DNA of 64,000 nucleotides from Tubiluchus corallicola. Lineage: Eukaryota > Animalia > Priapulida. Under the pieces are notes generated by a model, which was given only the letters and a program-made list of their open reading frames with translations, was not told the origin of the DNA and made no database searches. The stretch spans positions 434,001 to 498,000 of the forward strand of contig JAQGDQ010000054.1 in NCBI GenBank assembly GCA_030141605.1. The letters are read 5' to 3'. Position 1 is the stretch's first letter. Each line of letters begins with the position of its first letter. The position numbers were made by a program, and so were the translations under genes. Positions 35,201 to 47,200 of the stretch are shown here, piece by piece.

Positions 35201-38200
35201 CATCAGCATGTTTACGAAGTATGTGTATTAGCTGCTGCTTCTGAGTCTTGTAGAGGTGGTAGGGGTATGCTAAAATCATTCACACTTTGTGTTTGTTGTG
35301 TAACTGGTGGAAACATATGCTCCTGTATCTCACCTTGCTGATACGTCTCATTGCCTTTTCCCGGAGTGGCTATAGACAGCATCACATGACCTTCAGTGCG
35401 CTTTACCCAAGGGCGTAGCAGGTTTATATGGAAGCATTTCTGCAGATGCTTCCTACCACGAAAAGCTATTTTATAGACTTGGTCAGACACTTTTTCCAAC
35501 ACTTGGTATGGTCCTTTCCATACTCGTTGCAGGTTCTTTGTACTCTTTGGCAACAAAACCAAGACTTTACTGCCTACTTCTAAAGATCTTTCCCGTGCTT
35601 TCTGATCGTACCACTTCTTTTGAGCGAGTTGTGCTTCATGCAGTGACTCGTGAGCTTCATTGGTCACCTGCTCCATCCGATCCATGAGCTCTTGCACAAA
35701 AGTGTGGACATCCGTCAGCTGCTTGGCCCTCTGTAAGTCAAATCTCTCACGTGACATAGCTAATGGGCCTCTGATCGGAAACCCATACACCATCTCGAAT
35801 GGTGAGTATGAGGTAGAACTTTGAGGACAATCCCGGTATGCAAAAAGTACTAGCGGAATAAGTTTGTCCCACTCCCAGGATCCTGCACTCATCTGGGGCT
35901 TTTGAATTGATGTCTTCAAAGTCTGATTGTACCTCTCAGTCAGGTCAGATGTCTGGGGATGATATGGAGTAGCCAATATACCTCTTGTACCTAGCACAGC
36001 CTCCAGATCCTGTAGGACTTGTGAAACAAAAGCCGGACCTTGATTGGTTACAATCTCCATCAGTATACCATATGTTGCTATGTAACGTAGTAGGGCCTTT
36101 ACGGTGCACTCAGCCGTCTGTGACTTTGTTGGGTAAACTTCCGCTTATCTGGTGCAATAGTCAGTTATCACTAGTGCATACCTATTACCACTTTTCGTAC
36201 GTGCAAATGGCTCTATATAATCCATTGACACTTTCTGGAAGGGTAGTTGAACCACAGAGATTGGTCGCAGTTTGGCTCGGTCTGCAGTCCTTCTCTTGGA
36301 ACATTTCTGGCATATCGGGCAACTACGTACATAAGCTCTTATGTCGCCATGCACTTGTGGCCAAAAGAACATGCTCAGCACCTTCTGTGTTATCTTTTGT
36401 ATTCCAAAATGTGCTGCCAGTTTATTGTCGTGAGCCATTTTCAGTACTTCAGCTCTCCTCTCTTTTGGCAGGACTATCAAGCTTTTCCCTTCCTTGCCTT
36501 TGGCTCGTCTCAGGAATAGCAGAAGTAGACCATCTTTTATGTAGTAACCTTTGCCTAACTGTACAGCTTCCTCTTCTGGGATTACACTGTCGAACAGTGG
36601 CTTCAGCGTTACGCACCCTTGTTGCTGCTGTCTGAGTTTGCCACGGTCCTCACCGGCACACAATGGCTTTTCGTCTAACACGCTATTCAGCTCATCTTCT
36701 GGGGCTACATCATGTTGGTTTTCTTCCTGCAGTTTCTTTGCTTGGGCTCTAGTCATCACTTGTGTCTTGACGACAACGTCAATGCCTCTATCTGGACTAC
36801 ATTGGTCATCACTGTTTGCCACCTCAGCTACATTTGCGATTGTAGGCCTAGCATTGGAGGGTTTCTGTGTGGCTTTCCTTGTCTTTGGTTTCTTTAACTG
36901 AGAATTAGACGTCTGGGTACTAGAATTTGTGCAATGGTTTTCTCTCTGTGAAACATCATTTGGAAGCCTCTTCCCTACCATGGATTTTGGGATGAAGGTT
37001 TTCATATAGTTGTTTCCTAGAAGACAATCTGATGGCAGTTTGTCTTGAACCACGAACTCTAATTCTCCAGTCACCACCTGGCTCTCTATTGGTAGTCTTG
37101 CCACTTTACATGGGCGTCGATCACCATGACCACACAATATGTCGACTGTTTGTCCGGGTACTAGCTGCTCAACATTGACATAGCGACGATGTATGCAGTT
37201 TACGTTAGCCCCTGTGTCACGCTGTACATCGACCTTATAGCCATTTATTCGAGCTGGAAAACAGTATGATTCATCTTTACCATAAGTGATTCCGTCAGTG
37301 GAGGGGAGTTCAGTGTACTGGATCTGTCCTTTTATGGCATTCGTCCTAGCCATTGGCATATTTGCTTGGGTGGATGTTTTGTTTTAGGACAGCTAACTGC
37401 GTAATGTCCATATCCACCACAGTTGAAGCATCTTGCTGACTTCTGGAGGCCCTCAGCCTCCTGTGGCTCATCTACTAGCTTGTTATTCTTGCTGGACCGA
37501 TGCTGCTTCATTGGCTTACCCCTGCTACCGTACTGTGATTGCTTATCTAAATCTAGTCCTTCAGAGTATGCATAGTAGTCACATTTGGTAGCAACATCTT
37601 CTGTTATGTTATTACGTCGGACCCATCTGGCAATCTGTGGGAGAACACGACTTAAAGCTTGCTCCAGATAGAACAAATCTTTTGCTTGTTCCAATGTCTG
37701 AACATTAGCTGCTTGTAGCCAAAGATCCCCTGCATTTTTAACTCGGGTAAAATATGCACGGTAACACTCATCCACACCTCGTGTCACTTTCCGGAAGGTT
37801 TGACGATAGTAATCTGGAGTCAAGGAGAAAAAAGAAAGAACACACTCTTTGATCTTGTCATAGTCCTGCAAGTCTCCCTGGGGGACACAGTTGTAAGCAC
37901 GGAGGGCTTTGGTATGTCCTGCTAAGGCACGAGATAGGACACATGGCCAATCTTTCTTGGGTATCCTGTTTACCACCAGACAGCGCTCCAAGTAGCTAAA
38001 GTATTCAGCTAAATCAGGTTCCTGTGACCCTTCTCCAAAGTATTTAATCTTTAGACTCTCATGTCTTGGAGTAGATCTATCTTCAATAGCTCCCTCTTGG
38101 GTATTAGCTGTAGTACAACGTGGATGCCTGGATTCCGATGTGGCTGCCATCTCAGATTCGAAAGACAGACTCATCTTGTGTAGCTGCAATGCGTGTTGAC

Positions 38201-41200
38201 GTTCCTTAGCACGTTCTTCACTTTCATGTTTCATACGTTCGCGTTGAAATTCCAGCAGCATTGCAAGCCTTTCTGCATCGAATCCAGCATACGGGGCTAA
38301 ATCCACATCTGGTAATTGGCCTACAGTCACATGGGCGGGTTGTCGTTTACCTCTAGGTGGTGGTGGGTCAGAATCTCCTGTCATTATATCCAATTCTGGA
38401 GGTGGTGAATCATCTGCTAGCTGTTGGACAGGGTCTTCTTCTTCAGCGTGAGAAGACTGTGTCACTTCATCTAATTTATGTGCACCTTCTTCGGATTTGG
38501 CACCAGGCTGATATCCAGTGATGGAGCCACTTTCCATCCTTTTAGGGTCCAAAGCTGGCGGTCTCCTAAAGGTCTGGCTATGCAAAATAGATGAAATCAG
38601 TTGCTCGCGGTTACGTCTTTCATAAACCAGATTACGGCTATAAGCTATTCCTCGAAGTGCTTCAGGACTAAGTAGTTCCAACTGGGGGCGGGTAAGTTCA
38701 ATGTATCCTTCCATTTGAATAAGTTACAATGTGTTGAAAAACATCTAGATAACTAGAAACAATGAGCATTAAACCAATGCCTAAATAGCATAACAATTAC
38801 TCAAAACTGAATGAATAGAATGACTGGCGTAATTGAGATCTGATCCCACCGCTGCCACCTGTGTAATGTGGGGCGGATCTCACAATCAAGTATGAGCAAT
38901 CATCGCTCTTATTGTTTGGTAGCGTGTGTCATACTACTCAGTTTTTACTCAACATATTCCTCGAACACAAAACGTGAAACTAATTTTATGCAGTTTTATG
39001 ATAAGATAATGCTTTAATATTCATAAATGTTGATGATATAAAATTAGTTCAAACCAAGTGACAGCTGTTAATTTGTACCCGGGTACTAGTTCAATAAACA
39101 TGTGTTGCTACACAACTCAAAATTTACAGGCTGAAAATACTTTCAAATGCTTCAAACAGTACCCAAAAATTACCTTTGGCTAACAAAAAAAATAATTTAA
39201 TAGTTCACCAATGTTTGTTAATAGTAAGTCCATGAAGTAAAGCTCCATCCACACGAGGTTGTAATGTAAGCTATCAGCACTTTCAACTGTGTCTTAGTTT
39301 TTACCAGCCACTGCCAGTCGAAGCAAGTATCGTTGTACAAAAGGAAGCAACAGGCAGTCGCCTAGTAGCTAAATAAAAGAAACAAGAATTTATCACTTAC
39401 AATCTCTGCATCAATGAAAGTATACGTCAGCAATACTTATCGGCGGCAGCACGACGACGAAGGTGGCAGATCCACAACATCGGTGTGCACACCCGGGTGT
39501 TTAGTGCATAGCTGAACTGCGAAGTCATAAGCAGATGGGAGTCGTTCCCGGAAGCGTCCTGTGTTGGTAGACCGGTAGTTTGGTTATCATGTCAGATGTC
39601 ACAATGTAACTCGATGTAAACAAATGGTGAACTAGGCTTAATACCAGAACTGCCCAAATAGTCACTAACACGTAGTTGGAACTTTCACTAAACATTAGCG
39701 TTAGGTAGAGCCAGCTAAAGTTGCACGGTTTATATGCAAAGAGGCAAAACATATGTTAAAAAAACTGTCCAGCATTATATCTGCCCGCAAGTCTCTCTTG
39801 CAAAGAGCTACGTCGTTCTCACCACCTCTGTGAAAAGACCTCTAAAGCCGGTTGTCTAATAGTCTGGCTTCAATAACACTATAGCAGGATAACCTGTATT
39901 TGCATATCTGTTCGACGAGTTTACCCTAGTTTTGACCTATGCGCATAACTAAAGGGTAACACCTGGTTTATACATTGAATAGCTATAAACAATAGGTACA
40001 GCCCAAACTAAATTACGTATACACTCGTAAAGTTTACTTTGCCAAAAAACACATCTCATTCCACAAAGTTAAATGGGGATAGTAATAACTAAATCTAGTT
40101 ACATATACAAAGATATATGCTAAGCTCGTCGTTACAGTCTGGTTCACTTAACCTTTGACTTTTTCACGATCATCATCAGTCGCTGGAACTGTGAAAAGAC
40201 TTATTGCCAAGGTGACAAGATGAGGAACCAGCAAATTTTTAGCTGAAGTACTTCATGCAAGGAGATATTCGAATAGCATCAGGAGTTCAAGCATGTTTGC
40301 AGTATGCACTTTTCTTCTGCTTGCACAGTTTTACCCAGAACTTTCGTAAATGCTGTTAGCTGCTTATAAAGTACAGTTTTCTCTATGAGCTTTTTGATTG
40401 TGAAGCATTTTATCAGAAAGTTGTTTATGCTTTACCCGTTTTCAAGAAGAACGTCAACAGGTATTTCAGAAGATACTAGTAAAAACGTTATAAGAGTTCT
40501 ATTTCTGGGATAATTTTTCCGCCTTTTAGTTTATCTTGGGTGATCATTGCCCTTGATGCCAGTTTAAATAATTACTGTGGTCTCACAGTCACTAAGATTA
40601 AAACACAAGTAAACGAATGTGATTCTACCCATTTAAACTTTGCAGAAAAAACTACCCGTAGTAGACTTTTTTGATCCGGATCTAACACAAACAATCACTA
40701 TGGGAAGTGGTCTTTGTGTGCACACACATCACCATATTATGTACATCATCATTGTAATCTTGTCAAACAATATGTGTAAGGAAAGGATTAGAAAACATTG
40801 TAAATTACAGGTGTGATTAAAATTGATTTAAGTGTAATCGTTTGATGTTGTATATTTCTACATGCACGACCAGGTATGTAAAATAAAAACTTGTAAAAGT
40901 GCTGGTGAAGTTGCATCAGCACAACTACGTTGTTTTGCTTGCTCTCTTTTGTCACTTTGTACGCCTTAAAACTCGTGATTTATTTGATGAATTCAGTAGC
41001 TAAAACAAAGCTTTTATTTCTTTTTCATGTAGATCATACGCTGGCAGTCTAAAGCATCTAATCTTAGTAAGGCGTTAGTAGATAGCAAGACTGCTATGGC
41101 TCACCATGGAATCCGATCCCAAGATGATAGACGAAGTGGGCTTCGTAATATTGCATCAAAGGTACTACAATTAATCTGCTAAATAATGATTCTGTTGAAT

Positions 41201-44200
41201 GTTTTTACATTTAAAATTTATCGTTACTGCACCAATGGGTAAGCCATCTGAGATGTAAACTGCTCATCCTTGAGAAAGCATTAATTTATTTTTTATATTT
41301 CTTTAATCCAAGCATTCGTAAGTACCCCTAAGCAAAAAATCGTGATTTTTGAGATTTGTTGTTTTTACTTAAAATGATTTCCGTTCCTATAAGAATGGGG
41401 TATATGAAAATAGGGCAGTCTTGACAGGATGAGGTTGTAGTTAGTGCCTGGCAGTATATTCATTTCTGTTTAAGAAAGAGTTGAGGTTATGGCGATGATC
41501 CTTATTGGTGGGTCTTTAAGCTATAATGTCTTTCATATGTCTAAGTGAGAAGTTTAAAATTTGCAATTGTGCAATGTCTAGTTTTCCAGTCTGTGCTAGT
41601 TAAATGTACAAATAATTGTTTCATGCTCTCATTTAGAAAGCTAGTAAAGACGAGCACAACGTACGAAAGTATACAAGGGTTTTGATAAGGGAAGGGTGGC
41701 AAATGCACTTAAAGTGGTCCACCTACTTACGTTGTGGGGAAAAGTATCAAAATCATGAATTGAAAAAAAGATTAGTCCACCACCCAGTCCACCCTAGTAG
41801 GTTATGGTTTGCCTTTTGGTTATGTATTGTATGCTAAGCAGCCATTCTTCCATCAGCACTGTGAATTCTGTCATAGATGACTTTATTATTTGCAAAACAA
41901 AAATATGTGAGAAACTTCATTATGACTCAAAAGTAAAGGTATCTCAATGTACAATGTCTGGTCAGCACATTTTGGTACCACTGGATTTATATCACCACTT
42001 AGTAATTGCTAAATGTATTAAGTGACTTGTTTCTTTGCAGAAAGAATATCGTCATGTTTCTCTTCAAGTAAACATGGAAAGGGTTATGGCATCTCAAGTG
42101 CGAACTGTTGTAACAACTCGTACGATTAGTAATTTTCCCTTGTCAGTGCAGTCTACGCCATCACCTATTTCATCCTCTGTGATATCAAAATCACAAGACG
42201 TAAGTAGTATGCAGTAGTAATAATTATTATTCAAATTATTAAGTGAAGTACTGCTTTTTGCCAGTAGATGTACTTACTGTTGTGTTTCATAAGTGATGTG
42301 TAAGAACTTGATATTGCAGCATGCTGCTGCCATGCTAAGTTGTTGTTAAAATGGACCTCTGGTTTTGATACTGGGGAGATTAAGCAATCAGGCTTTCATT
42401 GTAAGTGGTTTATTTATACATGTAAATCTATTTTTCGAAGTTTTGGGATTTCGGTAAAACACTTATTGAAATCGAAGTCTTGGGTTTCAGTAAAAAACTG
42501 ATTGAGATGAGACATAGAATGTCACATTTCGTAATGAGACACATTACATACGTACATGTTGTAACACATTGCAAGTGGGTTATTGACCGTTAGTTGAACT
42601 GTGCAGCATACACTTTGTTGCTTAGAGTTGACAAAACCAGATTTTTATGATACATGTAAGTATCAGTGATCAGCCATACATCATAAGCAGTTTATTGCAT
42701 TTTTATCTACCTACCTCACCTGTATAACATTAATCTGGTACGCATGTGACAGCTATCAGAAAATTTGGAAAACTACAGATTTAGAAATGAGTATGAACTT
42801 GGTTTTTGATGCAAACAGAGATCAACAACTGGAAGATTTCTGCACTTGAAGTCTCTAATAACTTTGACGATTTCAATGTAATTCAATGGAAAGTAGTCCC
42901 ACATTTAGACGTTTGGTTTTGCACTCCCAGCATTTTCTCAGCCTAGAGGACTTTTCAGCTTCTTTCTGCATCAGTGTGCAATCATGTCCAAGTCGCTTAG
43001 ATATAAAGGTCTACAAGACGGTGACTGTTTTATTTTAGCCTTTTTCAATATCAGTTTTGACCATTTTTGCAGTACGTGCTTTACTGATTTCCAACTTCAC
43101 TTTTTCTCTTTTATATGGAATGGAAAAAAACATATGTATTTGATATACACACCTTTGTATTAGAGCTCATATTCTTATTGACTCTGTTACATAGATCTGT
43201 TTTTATGAAATTCCCATTGAAAATTTTCATTTTTTAGCCGTTGAGAGGGTCTAATGAAAACTTGATTAATTAAGTGGCGAGTTTTAGTACTGTTTTCTTT
43301 TAATAAAAGAGTAATTGCTTTTTTCAGGAACATCCTAGACTTTCGACTGCTGTAGCAGCTGCTACTGCACGAAATATAATGCAGAGAGCAGCAGCACAAT
43401 CTAGTTTAGCTCTAAATTCTAATTTGCCATCTCAGAACAGTATTCGCATGAATGTAACCAAGGCCACGACTAGACCAGGTGAGTAAACAAATGTTATGTA
43501 TATATATTAAAACATATTGTTTTCCAGCATGATGAGAGACTAAATTGGCCACTATTTTGTAAGTGTGGTTGCAGATAATTAGAACACCTGATTCAGATTC
43601 AAAAGCAGTAGCAAGCAAATGACACTCTAGAAATTTTGCCATAATATTGTAATAAAGTAAAATTGCCTATTTTTGCAGATTCTTTATTTTTAGTAAACAT
43701 CAAGGGAAGCTGAAATGAAAGGAAAAATAAAACCTTTTTTACTAGTGTGAACATGGGTCTTAGGAAAAATCCAATTATCTTGTCGATCACACTTTTCAGC
43801 TCAATAATTCGTTCATTATCTAGTTCCAAAGTGTGATAATTAGTCAGCATGTTTTTGGCTCAGGATAAAAATCTGTATCAATATTTGTTAATTAACTAAA
43901 GCTGTTTAATTAATTAATTTTTAATTTATCTAATTCCAGAAGTATTTATTCAGTTGAATTAGAACTATTTAATTAACTCATTTTAAATTGATCTAAATTA
44001 CATGTTCTCATGCCTGATTGGGTTGAATTTTGGCCTGATGATTAATTATGTCAAAACGAAAAATTTCTGGCAATTCGTTAATTAATTATAGCTGTTTAAT
44101 TGCAAACCTTGAAGCTCAGGTATTAGATTTTAAGATTTTTTCAATTCTATTTTGTTACTACCAATTTAGTGAGTATAGTTTGAATATCGTAAAAGTTGAT

Positions 44201-47200
44201 TTTTTATTTATTTTTCACTATTTTTCGAGTGACGGTATTATTTGTGTTTTTTGTGCATTTTGTTAACTTTGTTACCATTTCTTTCATATTTTTTAATATA
44301 TGGTCTTTTTCCATTGTAATTTACGTTTGTCAGTATGGGCGTTATTTAATTAATATGACCGATTCAGTAAAACAAAATTTCACAATATTCTGTTTATAAG
44401 TAATCTTGTGCATAGCTTTTGTAGATTTATTTTCTTTTATATTTATTAATAACTGCTTTTATTTTCTATATAGTTTTTTCACAACCAGTTAATACAAATC
44501 ACTCTCGACCTGCACCTAGAATTCTTCTACAAAGTAAATCAGGTGTACCTTCACAAACTTTGCCACAGGCGCAACCTCAGCCACCTCGTCAAGCGGGTAA
44601 GTATGATCTAACTGAGTTTTGTAATGTGGGTACCACTGTAGTATTTCTGCTAGCGGTTTTTTACATTTTTACTCCAAATTTATTTTTGTTGTCTATATCT
44701 CGTAGTTTTTTTCTTATCGTGATTGTCCTAACGTAAATTATTATATATCCTGTTCTTACAGAGTTTTGTTTCAAATGAACAGTATACATATTGTGTAATG
44801 CAGGCTGCTTAGCTTTATTTTTAGCTGAATTTTTACAGTTTGTGTTACATTTAAAACCACAACATGTAAATTCGTGACCTGTACTAAAATTTAAACATTC
44901 TTCAATTGCTAAAATTTAGACAATTAGATGTTTCATTTCATAACACACTATATGTAAATTACATTTTAGCACCAAAAGTAGGAGTGCCTCAGCCTATAAT
45001 AGATTTAACTGATGAAGATTCTAGTAAAGTTCCTTCAGCTGCTTCCTTGTCTTCTGCCATGTCATCGTCATTGAATTTAGTCCCTTCTTCGCAAGTGAAA
45101 CAACAAAGCATCAGACAGCCTGGTACAGGAGGTAAAGCTGTGTGCAGAACATATTTTCAAAAGTAGAATTACAAAACTAACCAATATGTGTAATTGTGTT
45201 ATATGTGTAACTGAGTATGATACATTGCAATAAAACATTGAATGACAAGTTATAGTCTTGTAAGCTAACCCCGTTTCTGAATTGTGTATGTTAGCTATGT
45301 GCTACTCAAGTTTCCTGCTTGAAATCAAGGTCACATTGTGTTACAGTTGTTACAAGACCCTGCTGGCCAATAACATTTTAGACCATGTTGTGTCTAAATG
45401 TTTCTAAAGTAATCACAATATTTGACATAAAAGAGTTGTTCTGTTTGGAACTGTAGTTTGCAGAGTAGAGTACATTTTTAGAGTAGTTGTGTCTTTCATC
45501 TAGTGCAGTCTGTACTTCGTTGTAGCAAACTTTTTAAAAATGTTTCTCATTAAATGTGTGAATGGATATTGCATGCATAGGTGTTGTTGCAAGGGTACCT
45601 GCTGGAGTAACGGCATTGCGGCCTGCAAGGCCAGTTCCACCACAGTTTGTTGTGCTTCAGCCGTCAAGACAAGCGACACCAAATATAGTCAGCTGTAAGT
45701 ACAAAGTACATTCATGATCTATCTTGAGTAATCTGCTTTTTGCTTTGTGTAATACATGTGATATTGCTTTGATGATCATTAATTGATTTTTTCAATTCTA
45801 TTTTTTTTGCTAATGAATCTGAAGTTCTTTTCTTCTCTCATTTCAGCTGTTGCTCAGGGTAGTGCCAATAAAACCTATATACTTTCACCAACTGGACAAA
45901 TTATTCCTAACAATTTTGTCGTTCAGCCAACACCTCAAAACCAACCTGCTTCTTCGCAGTTGCTTTCAGTTCGGCAGAGTAAGTAGTTTAAATAATTGGT
46001 GCATTCTTGTTTTCTTGGTGCGAGCTAACCATGATATAGGGCCCAATAAATTTTGTAAAAGAATTTGTTGATCCTAGTTACAACAATCAGTAGTGCAATG
46101 TAATTTAGGTAGTACTTTGGAAATCTATTACAAATACAGATGTATTTGATATTTACTTTACTATCATCACAGGCATTTGTAAATGTTAACTTCTTTAGCT
46201 AGGGAGAGGTTGAATCCCAGGATGATTAGTTTTACTTAAAGTATTTAAGAATTAGAAGACAAAAAGCACTTGAGGCAGTAGTAGAAACTTGAGAACCTAC
46301 ATACTGTCTAGGTAGTACCATTGTTTTCTCCATTAATTTCCTAAACTGGTTTTTGAGACTGCGATTTTCAGATCAACTGAAAGTTGACGGCAACATCAAA
46401 AGCTGACACGAGCAAATCACACTATCTAGTTGAATTCGTAGTGCTGTGTACAAGCGAACCGAACTACCTGTCTGCATTCGTAGTGCCATGCAAAAAACTA
46501 TTTTGAAATTCACAGTGCTATACACAAACAAGTCATATTACCTACCTATCTGTATTTGCAGTGCCGTACACTAATATACCGTACTACTTGCTGCTTCTAC
46601 GGTGCCGTATACACAAAGAAACCATACTACCTATCTGAATGCACAGTGCCACACACAAACCATACTACCTATCTGGGTTCATGGTACATTCATGGCATTA
46701 ATATCAGAATATTGCCGGTATCCGTCTGTGTCTTCAAGAATTGCAGTCTTTATAGGCTGATTTCTCTATGATGGAACACATAAGTAATACGCTTACTCTA
46801 GACAAGTTTTAGAAGCTGAGCAGTTTTAAATGTAAAAGGCACAAGTTACTTGAATTACAAACATATACTTAGATTGGTCAATAATTTTTGAGATTAGAAC
46901 GCTAAGCAACACAGTTGTGTATGAAAAAAGCATTTACTTTATTTTGCAGCTGTTCCCATTCAGGTGCCAAGCATAGCAGTGCGGCCACCAATAGCTAGCT
47001 CTATTTCAACTCCATCTAATCAGGCAATGTTGTTACAACAGCGTCTTCCAGTTTCTAGTCTGTCGTTACAGCTGGTAAGCGAACCTTAATATAATTTTTT
47101 GTCTTTTATGTTGAAATGTATGCCAAGGCTTTTTTATTAATCATAGCAACAATATACGTCACAGTGAATAAAACTGTTGCTAACTAAATGCATCACATAC

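Larger units (their letters stand above)
32483..40136 (-). mobile_element. Full-length Ty3/Gypsy LTR retrotransposon, Gmr1-like (gag-PR-IN-RT-RH), mutated, antisense in an ATF7IP intron
   Basis: Two about 1.28 kb LTRs with TGTAA...TTACA ends; GTCTG TSD at 32478-32482 and 40137-40141; PBS, PPT, and gag and pol ORFs all present. Confidence 0.97.

Noticed and set aside
34350-36901. Plus-strand ORFs, including the 216-aa ORF 35985-36635
   Set aside because: Antisense shadows of pol; no motifs.
37340-37400. Programmed -1 ribosomal frameshift between gag and pol
   Set aside because: No X XXY YYZ slippery heptamer in the gag frame; a 1-bp mutation is equally plausible.
44020-44080. Hammerhead-like CTGATGA...CGAAA
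   Set aside because: No stem II pairing and no cleavage triplet with a matching stem.
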